The notes under the pieces: model-generated
Told to the model about the DNA's origin: nothing
Seen by the model: only the letters and a program-made list of their open reading frames with translations
The model's database searches: none
Part shown: positions 28,004 through 37,950 of the stretch, one piece after another
Layout: each line of letters opens with the position of its first letter
Position numbering within the stretch: the first letter of the stretch is position 1
Made by a program: the position numbers and the translations under genes
DNA from: Candidatus Latescibacterota bacterium
GTDB taxonomy: Bacteria > Latescibacterota > UBA2968 > GCA-2709665
Reading direction: 5' to 3'
DNA: 64,000 bases
NCBI GenBank assembly: GCA_965116875.1
Contig: OZ220733.1
Coordinates: forward strand, 3,360,001 to 3,424,000

Positions 28004-29140
28004 ATGAGGTCAGCCTTGTTAACCAGGATCCGCAGTCTGTTCGTTTTCTCGCTCGTCGCTGCCGTGAGCTGGGGCTGCGTTGCAGATGGCCTGCCTGAAA
28101 AGATCGAGATCGGCGTCGCACTCCCGCTGACCGGCCCGCAGATCTTATACGGCGCGCCGGCGTGGGAAGGCATCCAGTTCGCCCTTGAAGAAATCAACGG
28201 TTCATCGATACTCGGGGGCTCAAGCATCGAGTTCATCAGGGAGGATTCGCGAGGCACGGTTGATGCCGCCACGAAAGCGTTCAATAAACTTATCAAAGAG
28301 GACAGTGTGTCCGTCATCCTAGGTCCCGGTATCTCCACCGTGGCGAAGGAGGTGTTTCCGATCGCTCAACAGAGCGAGGTCCTGGCTTTAAGTCCGACAT
28401 CGACCGCCGTCGGACTGAGCGCGATCGGCGACTATATCTTCCGCACGGGCCTCAACGTTGGTACGCTCGCTCCAGGCGCCGTCAAGGGTACGAAGGAGAA
28501 ACTGGGGTATCGAAGAGTGGCGATTATGGTCGATTCGACCGACGTGTATTCCCGCAGCCTGGACGAGGAATTGCGCAACGCCCTGGCCGAGAACGAGGTC
28601 CAGATTCTGACAAGGGAGACTTTTGCAACGGGCGACACCTCATTTTCCGACCAGCTGAGCAGAATAATGGCTTTGAAGCCCCATGCCGTGTTTGTCTCGT
28701 GTCTGGCGGCGGAAATGATTCAAGTTCTGGTCAACGCCCACGAGGTTGGGATCCCTTCAACGATTCCTATGATCATACCTGAACTGTCCCTGGCCGAAGT
28801 TAAGAAAGCGGGCGACGCCGCCGAGGGCGCGATTTCCGTATTGAGTTGGGCAAGCAACGCTTCCACACCCGGGAACCAGGCCTTCGTTGAAAATTACATC
28901 GCCAGGTACGGCTACGAACCGCATCCCTGGGGCGCGATTTCTTACGTCTCGCTGCTTGTTCTCGCCAACGCAATCGCGGAAACCGGATCGATGGACGCCA
29001 GTGAAATCAAACGCGCGATGATCAATACCCGGGAGGTTGATACGATTCTGGGGCGTTTCTCGTTCAATCCCGATGGCGACGCGGTTTACAATCCCATTGT
29101 GCTGAAGGTGCGGAACGGTACCTTTGAAGTCTTCAAGTAA
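28004..29140 (+). CDS. Branched-chain amino acid ABC substrate-binding lipoprotein (LivK-like)
   Basis: IGVALPLTG, EDSRG, YIFRT and GRFSFNPDGD motifs; lipobox-like SWGC. Confidence 0.9.
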   Translation: MRSALLTRIRSLFVFSLVAAVSWGCVADGLPEKIEIGVALPLTGPQILYGAPAWEGIQFALEEINGSSILGGSSIEFIREDSRGTVDAATKAFNKLIKEDSVSVILGPGISTVAKEVFPIAQQSEVLALSPTSTAVGLSAIGDYIFRTGLNVGTLAPGAVKGTKEKLGYRRVAIMVDSTDVYSRSLDEELRNALAENEVQILTRETFATGDTSFSDQLSRIMALKPHAVFVSCLAAEMIQVLVNAHEVGIPSTIPMIIPELSLAEVKKAGDAAEGAISVLSWASNASTPGNQAFVENYIARYGYEPHPWGAISYVSLLVLANAIAETGSMDASEIKRAMINTREVDTILGRFSFNPDGDAVYNPIVLKVRNGTFEVFK

Positions 29141-29277
29141 GCCAATCGATGGCCCCTGCTGAGACATTGAGCACGGAGGTCCTTTTCCCGGATATACTTG
29201 ATAATTTCAGTCTATCTGGAACTCTTGTACTTATAGATCTGAAATAGCCCGTTTAATCAGGGACTCGTACATGCGAA

Positions 29278-29305
29278 GGGCGCCGGATTTTCCGGCGCCC
29301 CTTTT
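29278..29305 (+). terminator. Rho-independent terminator
   Basis: gggcgccgga-ttt-tccggcgccc followed by ctttt. Confidence 0.65.
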
Positions 29306-29494
29306 CGTGTCGCCTATATGGACGCAGGAGTGCAGCCCGTTACACGCCGTTCTACATTGCGCCCATGTGGCATCTGTAGGGGTCTGCCTGCTGACGACGG
29401 CGAGGCAGGCAACCCTTGTGGTTGACCGTATCATTGCGCGGATATCGCCGGTTCACTTCGCCAGGCCCTATCGTTAACCGGGTTTGGCTGACCG

Positions 29495-30580
29495 CTAACA
29501 ACGGATAGCTGACAGCTTTTTCTTGAGAAACGCGTACGCGATTTCCCGCTGCGCGTCGGCGAAGCCGTGGCCTTCTTCGTGCAGGACCTGTCGGAAATTG
29601 TCTTTGACACCATATAGTGAAAAGACGCGTGAGACCGATTCGCCCATGCGCGCCAGAACCGGGCGCGTGAGATGGGTTTCCTCGCTGCTGTACTGAAAAT
29701 CGTTGAGCGCGGTAATGTGCATGATGGCGCGGGGCGCGGCCAGCGCCAGGTATTCGTGGACCTCGATCGGAAAGGGCTTGCCGGTCTGACAGTACGGCCT
29801 CAGGTAGGGGCGGCCCACCCACCAGCCGGTGCGCGCATGGTTGAAAGGGTTTTTGGAAAACCGGACGGGCCAGTCGCCGCAACTCGCCACGCCGGCCAGG
29901 ACGCGCGGCTCGAGCGCCATCGCGTGGATGGTGATCCCGCCCCCCTGGGAATGGCCGATGGATCCGATGCGCCCGGCGTCCGCCTCCGGAATGGTTTCGA
30001 GGAGGTCGACGGCCCGGCTCACGTCACACAGATCCTTGCCGCGGATGGACCACTCGGGGAACTTCTCGTAAAAGGGCGCGGTGTCGAAGTCGCGCAGGCC
30101 CTCGTATTTCCGTTCGTTGGCGCTCAACAGGTCGTACGAAAGCGTGACGAAGCCGCGCCGGACCAGATGAAGCGCATACGCGCGGTCCTGCCCCTTCTCA
30201 GTGGGATCGTTTCCGATAACCTGCTCTCTCCCGTACGGCGTGGTGGGATGGATGCAGAGTACGGCGGGCGCCTTTCCGTTCAATCCCGCGGGGATGAGCG
30301 CGTCGGCGACGATGCGTTCATCCGGCCCCACGTTGTACGCGATGCTTCGCTTGACGTGGTCGCCGTGTTCGAATTCCGAGACGATTTCGGCGTCCAGCGG
30401 GCACGTCTCCACGGGGCCTCGGCCCAGGGTCTGACGGAAGATGGTCCGAAGCGCGTCCGCTTTCGTCTCCCATTCTTCCACGGTGTCGATCCTGCCGATG
30501 TGCGACGCCCCGCCGCCCATCGTGAGGCCGTCTCCGCCTTTTCGAATTTCCAGAAGGTCGTCGAACGAGACGTCGGTCAT
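29495..30580 (-). CDS. Alpha/beta hydrolase (dienelactone hydrolase-like)
   Basis: GHSQGG nucleophile elbow, LAAPRA and C-terminal GH motif. Confidence 0.88.
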   Translation of the reverse strand: MTDVSFDDLLEIRKGGDGLTMGGGASHIGRIDTVEEWETKADALRTIFRQTLGRGPVETCPLDAEIVSEFEHGDHVKRSIAYNVGPDERIVADALIPAGLNGKAPAVLCIHPTTPYGREQVIGNDPTEKGQDRAYALHLVRRGFVTLSYDLLSANERKYEGLRDFDTAPFYEKFPEWSIRGKDLCDVSRAVDLLETIPEADAGRIGSIGHSQGGGITIHAMALEPRVLAGVASCGDWPVRFSKNPFNHARTGWWVGRPYLRPYCQTGKPFPIEVHEYLALAAPRAIMHITALNDFQYSSEETHLTRPVLARMGESVSRVFSLYGVKDNFRQVLHEEGHGFADAQREIAYAFLKKKLSAIRC

Positions 30581-30755
30581 TTCAGGTCTCCGTTTACGTG
30601 CGCATGCGCGATGGGGAATCACGCAACATGGATGGACAGGATAGACAGGATGAAAGGTACCCGGCGGGTGTCTGCCTGCGCATCATAGCCTCCAATATAA
30701 GCAACAGACTGTCCGGCAAAAACAACTTGAACGAGCGCTTAACCCTGCCGCCCAA

Positions 30756-31183
30756 ACCTCTCTACACGGCCCGTTGCAAAGCGATCAGCGGTCAGCCGTC
30801 AGCTAAAGGCGAAAGGCAAAAGCAACCCCTCACCACCCCGCAGACCTCTCTCCCCGGCCCGTCGCAAAGCAATCAGCGGTCAGCCGTCAGCTAAAGGCGA
30901 AAGGCAAAAGCAACCCCCTCCGCCCAGCCCCGCCGACCTCTCTCCCCGGCCCTCTCTCCTAAAGGAAAGAGGGAGAAAGGCCAGGTTTCGCGTGCTGGTC
31001 ATTAATAGACATTCTGATTGACAAGGAAGCGCCGCCGGTTTTCCGCTTTCCTCAGCAATCTGCTTCCATTCGATTCTTGCGAGAGTCCGATTGCAGAAGT
31101 GACAGATGTCAAAGTTACCGCTACTTCTTCCTTTTTCATTCTTCCTTCTTCCTTCCTTCAGGAAGGGGGGTAGGGGGTAGGTC
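30756..31183. repeat. Composite repeat block (tandem ~87-92-bp units plus REP-like hairpins)
   Basis: acctctct...ggccc starts at 30756, 30843 and 30935; two copies of atcagcggtcagccgtcagctaaaggcgaaaggcaaaagcaacc; block repeated at 32909-33178. Confidence 0.85.
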
Positions 31184-31312
31184 GGAAGGGCGGGTAGACG
31201 TGAGACGGAAGACGTGAGAGATTGCCTGCCTTGTCAGGTTTCTTCTCCTGCCGGAGGCAAGAAGGAATAGAGTATCGGGCAAGGGCTTCTTCTACCGTCT
31301 ACTATGTTAAAA

Positions 31313-31720
31313 GTCAAGAGAAAACGACCATATGTTGGCCTCAGATGCTGGGGTTACTCTACCATTATGCGTACCTATGCGACGCGTTCATTCCGACACG
31401 CTCGACGAGCGTGTCGGAATGAACGAAATAAACGTCATTGAGGCCTGAATGGTTCCCTGCCGCACGACAGCAGTAGGGACCAGGCGTACGGTGTTCGCTG
31501 TTGGATGGCCTCAGATGCTGGGGCAACGCTACCAATCTACTATTCGTAGTCGCCTGGTGCAGGCGCTGACATGTCATTTATCCGGAGCCGTGCGATAGGG
31601 GACGGGGCGTGCAAACTTCACTTACGTAGTACCCTGTGGGTCTACAAGACGGTAGGCGCCGTCCCCTGTACTCCGCGATCAAAAGCGGTGCGTGCGCAGG
31701 CATCTGTTGCGACCGTGTGT
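31313..31720 (-). ncRNA. Putative bridge/seek RNA, copy 2
   Basis: No difference seen from the copy 1 non-coding region. Confidence 0.8.
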
Positions 31721-32791
31721 TCACCCGGCGATGAGGCCCAGCTGATAGGGCTCTCCATTCAGCAGGATCCTGCGCATACGGCCCACCAGGATTCTGGCAA
31801 CACCGACGATGGCGCGTTTGCCACCGGCACGCACCTTCAAGTGTTCGTATTTTTTCTGCATCGCGGGATCTTTCTCGATCAGGCGCCAGGCCGCCTGGGT
31901 AAGTAACGCACGTACAATGGGCTTTCCCTGGCGGGTGATGCGCCCGTGCCTCACGTGCTCGCCCGACGAGTGCTGGCCGGGCGTCAGCCCCACGTAGGCC
32001 GCCAGCGCATCTGCGTTCTTGAAGCGCGCCACATCCTGCAGTTCCAGGAGGATCTCCATGGCAGACAAGCATCCCACGCCCGGGATCGACGTCAGGATCG
32101 CCACCCGATCCCGATACGTGTCTGTTTGCGCAAGCTCCCACAGCATTTTCGTCTGGCGCCCCACCAGTTCACACAGATCATCGTATTGTTCCAGCATGTT
32201 CTCGAAGCTTTCCTGCGCACACGGCTCCCCCAGGTCCACACCACGCAGTGCGGTCACGAACTTGTCAGACCACGTCCCTCTGGATTCTTCGTGCACATAC
32301 AAACCCATATACCGCAGTTCGGCCTTGATCCGTAGTTGTACACGCACCCGATCCTTGATGAACTGCCGGCGGCGACGACTCACTTGGCGGTGGCACCGCT
32401 CTTCATGCGTCGGCACATAGATCGATGCCAGCAGGTCCGTCCTCAGATAATCCGCCAGCTTGAAGCTGTCGATGGGATCCGTCTTGACCCGATTCCCACT
32501 CTGGCTCGGGATCAGGCTCGGCGGCGTCACCGAAGCAGACACACCCATATCGACAAGAAAATCATATAACCAGAAACCGAAATAACCGGCTTCATACACC
32601 GCAAAGATCTCTTTCGCTTCGCCATAACGACTCAACACCTTATCGATCGCCTCTGCTGTGCCTGCGATGCGATTGGAGAACAGTCGCAACCCATCCTCGT
32701 TGAGAATCGTCACGTGCCACTGCTTGAGATGCATGTCGATGCCCACGAAAAGATCCTTGCCATCCCACGCTTCAACGGTATACCTTGCCAT
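31721..32791 (-). CDS. IS110-family DEDD recombinase/transposase
   Basis: As copy 1; variants KTDPID and MQKKYE. Confidence 0.96.
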   Translation of the reverse strand: MARYTVEAWDGKDLFVGIDMHLKQWHVTILNEDGLRLFSNRIAGTAEAIDKVLSRYGEAKEIFAVYEAGYFGFWLYDFLVDMGVSASVTPPSLIPSQSGNRVKTDPIDSFKLADYLRTDLLASIYVPTHEERCHRQVSRRRRQFIKDRVRVQLRIKAELRYMGLYVHEESRGTWSDKFVTALRGVDLGEPCAQESFENMLEQYDDLCELVGRQTKMLWELAQTDTYRDRVAILTSIPGVGCLSAMEILLELQDVARFKNADALAAYVGLTPGQHSSGEHVRHGRITRQGKPIVRALLTQAAWRLIEKDPAMQKKYEHLKVRAGGKRAIVGVARILVGRMRRILLNGEPYQLGLIAG

Positions 32792-32908
32792 CACGAGCCT
32801 CCTTGTGAAAGTGTTTGTTACGGGCAAAGGCAAAGTATACTCTCACAAGCTGAGGCTCAACTCATTTTAACATAGTGACTTCCCTCTGCCGTCTCCCCGC
32901 ATTTCGGC

Positions 32909-33178
32909 GACCTCTCTCCCCGGCCCGTCGCAAAGCCATCAGCGGTCAGCCGTCAGCTAAAGACGAAAAGCAAAAGCAACCGCGCCCCACCTCCCCGCAG
33001 ACCTCTCTCCCCGGCCCTCTCTCCCACCGGGAGAGAGGGAGGATAAACAGGTTTCGCGTGCCGGTCATTGATAGACACTCTGATTGAAAGGAAATTGCCA
33101 CCCGGCACATTTGTATGCCCAGGACATCAACCCATCGCCGTTCCCCCTTCCTGCAGGAAGGGGGTTAGGGGGTAGGTC
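32909..33178. repeat. Second copy of the composite repeat block
   Basis: Homologous to 30843-31021 and 31151-31183 (caggtttcgcgtgc.ggtcatt.atagaca.tctgattga; caggaagggg..tagggggtaggtc). Confidence 0.85.
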
Positions 33179-33483
33179 TCGCGCCATAGTCGTTTTTCCA
33201 TTCCAGCGACCGGGGGTATGGGGGTTCTTCCGCGCATAAGAAAAAGGACGACGAAGAAAAGTGAGTATTGATTTGTAGCGATTGCTTGTCATATCGACTT
33301 TATTTATATATATTTTATCCTGTATTTCATCATAATCGACAAGATATCTTTACGTCATTCCGTCAATAGAACCTGTCGAGACATGATCCACCAATATCAG
33401 GATGCCCCCGCTCCCGGGAATGCCAACCACACCCGCCCCAGGTCGGTTTCTGTCCGGGACAGCATTTTCTGCAAAAGGAGAAC

Positions 33484-33825
33484 GTGAATGTGATTCTGAT
33501 CAAACTCGAAGACATGATGTGGCGGCGGAGAATCCGCAGCATCTCCCGGCTTGCGCGTCTTGCGGGGCTGTCTCGGCAGACGGTGGATGCACTGTACAAT
33601 CGGCCGAACCGGGTGAAGGGGTTTCGGCTGGAGACGCTGGAAGGGCTCTGCCGCGCGTTGGATTGCCGGATCGAAGACCTGATCGAATACGTGCCTGAAA
33701 CGCATCCGGAGGCGCCGCCTCGGATCGGGGAGGCAGGCGAGGGGGATCCCGATTCAGATCTCGCCGGTGTTGTCGGTGCGGGGTCGACGCCCGAAGTCGC
33801 GCAGCCTGTGCCTCCATCTCAATGA
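33484..33825 (+). CDS. XRE/Cro-C1 HTH transcriptional regulator
   Basis: LARLAGLSRQTV...LETLEGLCRALDCRIEDLIEY; AAGGAG RBS; AT-rich upstream region. Confidence 0.9.
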   Translation: MNVILIKLEDMMWRRRIRSISRLARLAGLSRQTVDALYNRPNRVKGFRLETLEGLCRALDCRIEDLIEYVPETHPEAPPRIGEAGEGDPDSDLAGVVGAGSTPEVAQPVPPSQ

Positions 33826-33966
33826 AGGTACGGGGGTCCCAATACAGTAAAAGGCGCCCCCTGCATTGAGCTCAATGCAAGCAGCACAAGCAGGACAACG
33901 GCTCAGGGAGCGGCTCAGGTCGCGGGTGCAGGGCGTTTGAAATCTTGAACGGTCGGAGGTGAAGTT

Positions 33967-35523
33967 GTGCTTCAGGTGCATGATCTACGGGTTGCCTACG
34001 GAGCTGTACCCATTCTGGACGGCATTTCGTTCAGCCTGCACGGCGGCGAGGCGGTCGCGCTCGTGGGTGCGAACGGATGCGGCAAGACCACGTTGGTGAA
34101 ATGCCTTATCGGGGAAATCACGGACTTCGAGGGCGAAGTCGCGGTTGACAGGTCCGTCACACCCGTCTGCGTACCCCAGGAAAGCCCGGTTGACCTGGAC
34201 GGGTCGGCGATGGAGCGCGCGCTCTCGTTCGACGCTGAGTTGGCTCGGCTCTACAAAGGCATCCGGAACGGGCGGCACGAGTTCTATCAGGACTACTACG
34301 AGTCGGGCGGGTTCGCGCGGGAAGACAGGATTCGAGCTTATGCCGCGAATTTCGGAGTGGAAACGGAACAGGGGTACAGGAGCATGTCCCGCGGGCAGCA
34401 GAGAAAGGTGGACCTGGCGGGCGTGCTGGCGCAGGATGCGGATCTGATGCTGTTCGACGAACCGCTCAACTATCTGGACATCAGGGGGATCACGGCGTTC
34501 GAGGAGGCCATCGGTCTCGCAAAACGCCGTGGGAGTGCCGTTTTGATCGTGAGTCACGACCGGGAGCTGATCGACAACGTCGCGGATCGTACGATTTACC
34601 TGGAGCGGGGGAGCATGTTCTCGGTCCGGGGCGGCTATTCCAACGCGCTGGAGCACAGGGCGCAGGATTTCCACGGACGGAAGGAACGAGCCAGGGCGCT
34701 GAGGAAGAAGATCTCCAGCCTGCAGGAGGCCATGCGCCGGCGTATGGCATGGGGGGCGAGCCGGGAGAACGAGACGAAGGATTCGTCAAGCCGTCGTCTG
34801 GCCGCAAAGGTGACGAAGGGCGGGAAGGTGATGGAGCGGCGTCTGGAACGGCACAGGGCCGCATTGGACGAGGAGAAACCCTGGATCGAAAAGAAAATCA
34901 GGTTGAATTTCCCGCCCTATGACGTGGACCGGCGGCTCGTGGCGAGGATGGAGTCGGCAGGCAGGCGGATGGGCGGCAACCCGGTCCTCGAGGCCCTGGA
35001 CCTCGTTGTGGAGACCGGGGACCGGATTGCGCTGATGGGTCCGAACGGGGCCGGAAAGACCACGCTCCTGAACGTGATGACGGGGAAGCTGCCGCCCGAC
35101 TCGGGCGCAGTCTACTTCAATTCACATGCGCGGGTGGGGTATCTGACGCAGGGCCTGGACGGGTTTTACGACCGGGAGATCTTTCTGGAAAATTTCATCG
35201 GTGACGATCACGTGGAAAGCGAGGTGCGCCAGTACCTCGGCGCAGCCAGACTGAAGGCCGACAAGGTGGTCCGGCCGGTACGTACGCTGAGTTACGGCGA
35301 GCGGATGCGCGGCGCCATCGTGAAGATGATTCTGAAACGGATGGAGTTTCTGGTCCTGGACGAGCCCACGACGCACCTGGACATCGAGTCCGTGGAGGTG
35401 CTGGAGGGTCTGCTGGAGACGTTTCCCGGCGGATTCCTCGTCGTCAGCCATGACCGGCGACTGATTTCCAGCGTAGCGGATGAGGTATTTGTCCTGGCGG
35501 ATGGGCGGCTGGAAAGGTTGTAG
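33967..35523 (+). CDS. ABC-F family ATP-binding protein
   Basis: Two ABC domains (GANGCGKT/FDEPLNYLD; GPNGAGKT/LDEPTTHLD), helical linker, no TM segments. Confidence 0.9.
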   Translation: MLQVHDLRVAYGAVPILDGISFSLHGGEAVALVGANGCGKTTLVKCLIGEITDFEGEVAVDRSVTPVCVPQESPVDLDGSAMERALSFDAELARLYKGIRNGRHEFYQDYYESGGFAREDRIRAYAANFGVETEQGYRSMSRGQQRKVDLAGVLAQDADLMLFDEPLNYLDIRGITAFEEAIGLAKRRGSAVLIVSHDRELIDNVADRTIYLERGSMFSVRGGYSNALEHRAQDFHGRKERARALRKKISSLQEAMRRRMAWGASRENETKDSSSRRLAAKVTKGGKVMERRLERHRAALDEEKPWIEKKIRLNFPPYDVDRRLVARMESAGRRMGGNPVLEALDLVVETGDRIALMGPNGAGKTTLLNVMTGKLPPDSGAVYFNSHARVGYLTQGLDGFYDREIFLENFIGDDHVESEVRQYLGAARLKADKVVRPVRTLSYGERMRGAIVKMILKRMEFLVLDEPTTHLDIESVEVLEGLLETFPGGFLVVSHDRRLISSVADEVFVLADGRLERL

Positions 35524-35533
35524 CGGATGACAC

Positions 35534-36679
35534 CTATTGAGGGTCGATATTCCAGAGATAGATGGGTTTGCCCGTATTGTCAATATAACCGCAATTCCGG
35601 TCTCCCATAACCGGCGCAACGCCGTTGTTGAACGGCCAGCAGGTGTTGAATTGGGGTTCGGCAATGGTGTCGCCCGATTGATTGATGTATCCCCATTTAC
35701 CCTCTACCCTGACCGCGGCGATACCTTCGGAGAAGTGCTCGACCTGTTCGTAACGAGGCGGCACCGCAAACGCCCCGGATCTGTCGATAAAACCGAATCG
35801 TTCCCCGATTCGTGCGCCCGCGAGCCCTTCACTGAAGGGGTGGGCTTCGTCGAATTTCAGGGGGATGACGAACTTCCCGGTTTCGTCGATATATCCCTGT
35901 TTGTCGCCTATGCCCACGCGTCCAAGGCCCTCGACAAAGCCCAGGGCTCTCTCGAATTGGGGCGGGATGATCATTTCCCCGTTTTTGTCGATGTACCCGA
36001 ACTTCCCGTCCTTCTTCGCGGCGTACGGCGCAGTGAATTCAAAGGGTGTGTGAGGCACGGCGGGTTCTCCTTTTTGCGGTTGTTTCGATGTTGGAGATGG
36101 AATGGCTGCCGGCGATATGGCATCTTCGTCGGGCGTGAACTGGAAATCGGCGAAGGTCCGTTCGAGTTGAGTACGTACCTTGCGTTTGGCTCTGAGTATG
36201 CGCATCGTAAGGGCCTTGTAAGAAAGGCCGTGGATTTTTTGCAGGTCCGCATACGGGATCTCGTCCAGATAGTGGGATTTGAGCAGGTCGCGTTCCAGTG
36301 CGGGCAGTCTGTCAATTGCGGAAATGGCTCTACCAACCGTCTCGTCTCGAATCAGCCGTGCTTCGGCGGACTGTTCGTTGGCGGGTTCCTCAGGGGTGAG
36401 GGGCCGTGAACCGGGTTGTCTGAGGCGTAGCCGGTTCCGGCATTCGTTACGGGCAATTTGACGAAGCCACGCCTCGAAACGCTCGGGCTGTCTCAGTGAA
36501 GCCAGGTTCTGATACGCCTTGAGAAAGACGTCCTGAACGACTTCCCGGGCATCTTCGGGATTTCTCATCCAACGGAGCGATTGGGAGTAAACGGACGCCT
36601 GGTGCTTGCGAATGAGTTGCTCGAGCGCTCGCGAATCACCCGTCAGAATCTGTTGGATCAGGTGCGCGTCATTGTTCAT
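35534..36679 (-). CDS. ECF sigma-70 factor fused to WG-repeat domain
   Basis: EVVQDVFLKAY and FEAWL..IARN (sigma region 2), region 4; then GYID..G...IP..F....F.EG repeats. Confidence 0.9.
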   Translation of the reverse strand: MNNDAHLIQQILTGDSRALEQLIRKHQASVYSQSLRWMRNPEDAREVVQDVFLKAYQNLASLRQPERFEAWLRQIARNECRNRLRLRQPGSRPLTPEEPANEQSAEARLIRDETVGRAISAIDRLPALERDLLKSHYLDEIPYADLQKIHGLSYKALTMRILRAKRKVRTQLERTFADFQFTPDEDAISPAAIPSPTSKQPQKGEPAVPHTPFEFTAPYAAKKDGKFGYIDKNGEMIIPPQFERALGFVEGLGRVGIGDKQGYIDETGKFVIPLKFDEAHPFSEGLAGARIGERFGFIDRSGAFAVPPRYEQVEHFSEGIAAVRVEGKWGYINQSGDTIAEPQFNTCWPFNNGVAPVMGDRNCGYIDNTGKPIYLWNIDPQ

Positions 36680-36846
36680 AATAATGCCTCTTTATAGAGT
36701 TAGACACTCGAACGAGGTATTTTCTTCATGCAATATGCCTGAAATATAACGAAACGCCGGTTGAATCTTCGTGCCATGCAGGTGGATCCCCGACCGATTC
36801 AGAAAAAACCGACCGGGGGGCGATCGGAATACCATAACAGGATGCA

Positions 36847-37863
36847 ATGAAAGTCATCTATTCACCGGGCCACGGACGCCATGCGCCGCGCGATCAGTTC
36901 ATCGGCGGCGGGCTGAGACCGAATCCGGAAATCCCGGCGCGGGCCGAGGCGATTCTGCGCGCGATTCAGGGCACGTACGAAGTGCTGCCGCCGCGGACGT
37001 TCACAATGGATGCCATCCGGGCCGTCCACGACGCGGGCTATCTGCGCTTCCTGGAGCACGTCCACGCGGCGTGGGTGGATCGGGGTGGAGGCGGCGAGAC
37101 CGGCCTGATCCCCGACACGTTCGCGTCGCGCGCGTCGTCCCGCAGGCCCCGCGACCTCGTGCACCAGGCGGGGTACTATTGCTTCGAGACGCAGACGCCG
37201 ATACTGGAGCACACCTTCGCGGCGGCGCGCGAGGCCGCGTACTGCGCGCTGACCGGCGCGGCGATGCTGCTGGAGGGCGAGACTTCGGTCTACGCGCTCT
37301 GCCGTCCTCCCGGGCATCACGCGGCGGGCGACCTCTACGGCGGCTACTGCTACCTGAACCATGCCGCGGCCGCGGCGAAACATCTCAGCGAATGCGGGCG
37401 CGTGGCCGTGCTGGACGTGGACTATCACCACGGGAACGGGACGCAGTCGATCTTCTACGGCTCGGACGCGGTTCTGTTCGCATCCATCCACGCGCATCCG
37501 GACTTCGAGTATCCCTGGTTCAGCGGACACGCGGATGAGACCGGTACGGGCGCCGGGCTCGGGCTGAACGTGAATCTGCCCCTTTCCTCCGGCACGGGTG
37601 AAACGAGGTATCTGGAGACGCTGGACCGGGCCCTGAACGACGTGGAACGGTTCGCGCCCGCCTTCCTGGTGGTTTCGCTGGGCGTGGACGCGTGCCGGAA
37701 AGACCCGCTGGGCAAGTTCGACTTGCCGGTCGCCGCATTCGAGACCATTGGACGAAGGCTCGCCAGGGCGGAACTTCCAACGCTGCTGGTGCAGGAGGGC
37801 GGTTACGACCTGGACAGCGTTGGCGCGTGTGTGCAGAATGTGCTTGATGCGTTTGGGCGTTAG
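36847..37863 (+). CDS. Histone deacetylase family / acetylpolyamine amidohydrolase-like
   Basis: RPPGHHA, GYCYLN, DVDYHHGNGTQ and QEGGY motifs. Confidence 0.93.
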   Translation: MKVIYSPGHGRHAPRDQFIGGGLRPNPEIPARAEAILRAIQGTYEVLPPRTFTMDAIRAVHDAGYLRFLEHVHAAWVDRGGGGETGLIPDTFASRASSRRPRDLVHQAGYYCFETQTPILEHTFAAAREAAYCALTGAAMLLEGETSVYALCRPPGHHAAGDLYGGYCYLNHAAAAAKHLSECGRVAVLDVDYHHGNGTQSIFYGSDAVLFASIHAHPDFEYPWFSGHADETGTGAGLGLNVNLPLSSGTGETRYLETLDRALNDVERFAPAFLVVSLGVDACRKDPLGKFDLPVAAFETIGRRLARAELPTLLVQEGGYDLDSVGACVQNVLDAFGR

Positions 37864-37950
37864 GCGTTAATTGTCCGTCCTGACAATTGCGACGGGAACG
37901 CGCGATTTCGGCGCTGTCGCATCGTTGATATCCACGGCCGCCGGCGAAAG

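Larger units (their letters stand above)
31301..32880 (-). mobile_element. IS110-family (IS1111-type) insertion sequence, copy 2
   Basis: Colinear with copy 1 (offset 8596); same IRs and CT core. Confidence 0.95.
31191..32899. repeat. Nested-hairpin target repeat, copy 2 (31191-31300 plus 32881-32899), interrupted by IS
   Basis: Same architecture and length as copy 1. Confidence 0.8.

Noticed and set aside
30756-31021. Possible CRISPR array (tandem ~90-bp units)
   Set aside because: Units are near-complete duplicates without unique spacers, there are only 2-3 of them, and no cas genes are present.
31301-32880. Three IS copies as an assembly artefact
   Set aside because: Each copy has private substitutions and distinct flanks; read-level confirmation is still advisable.
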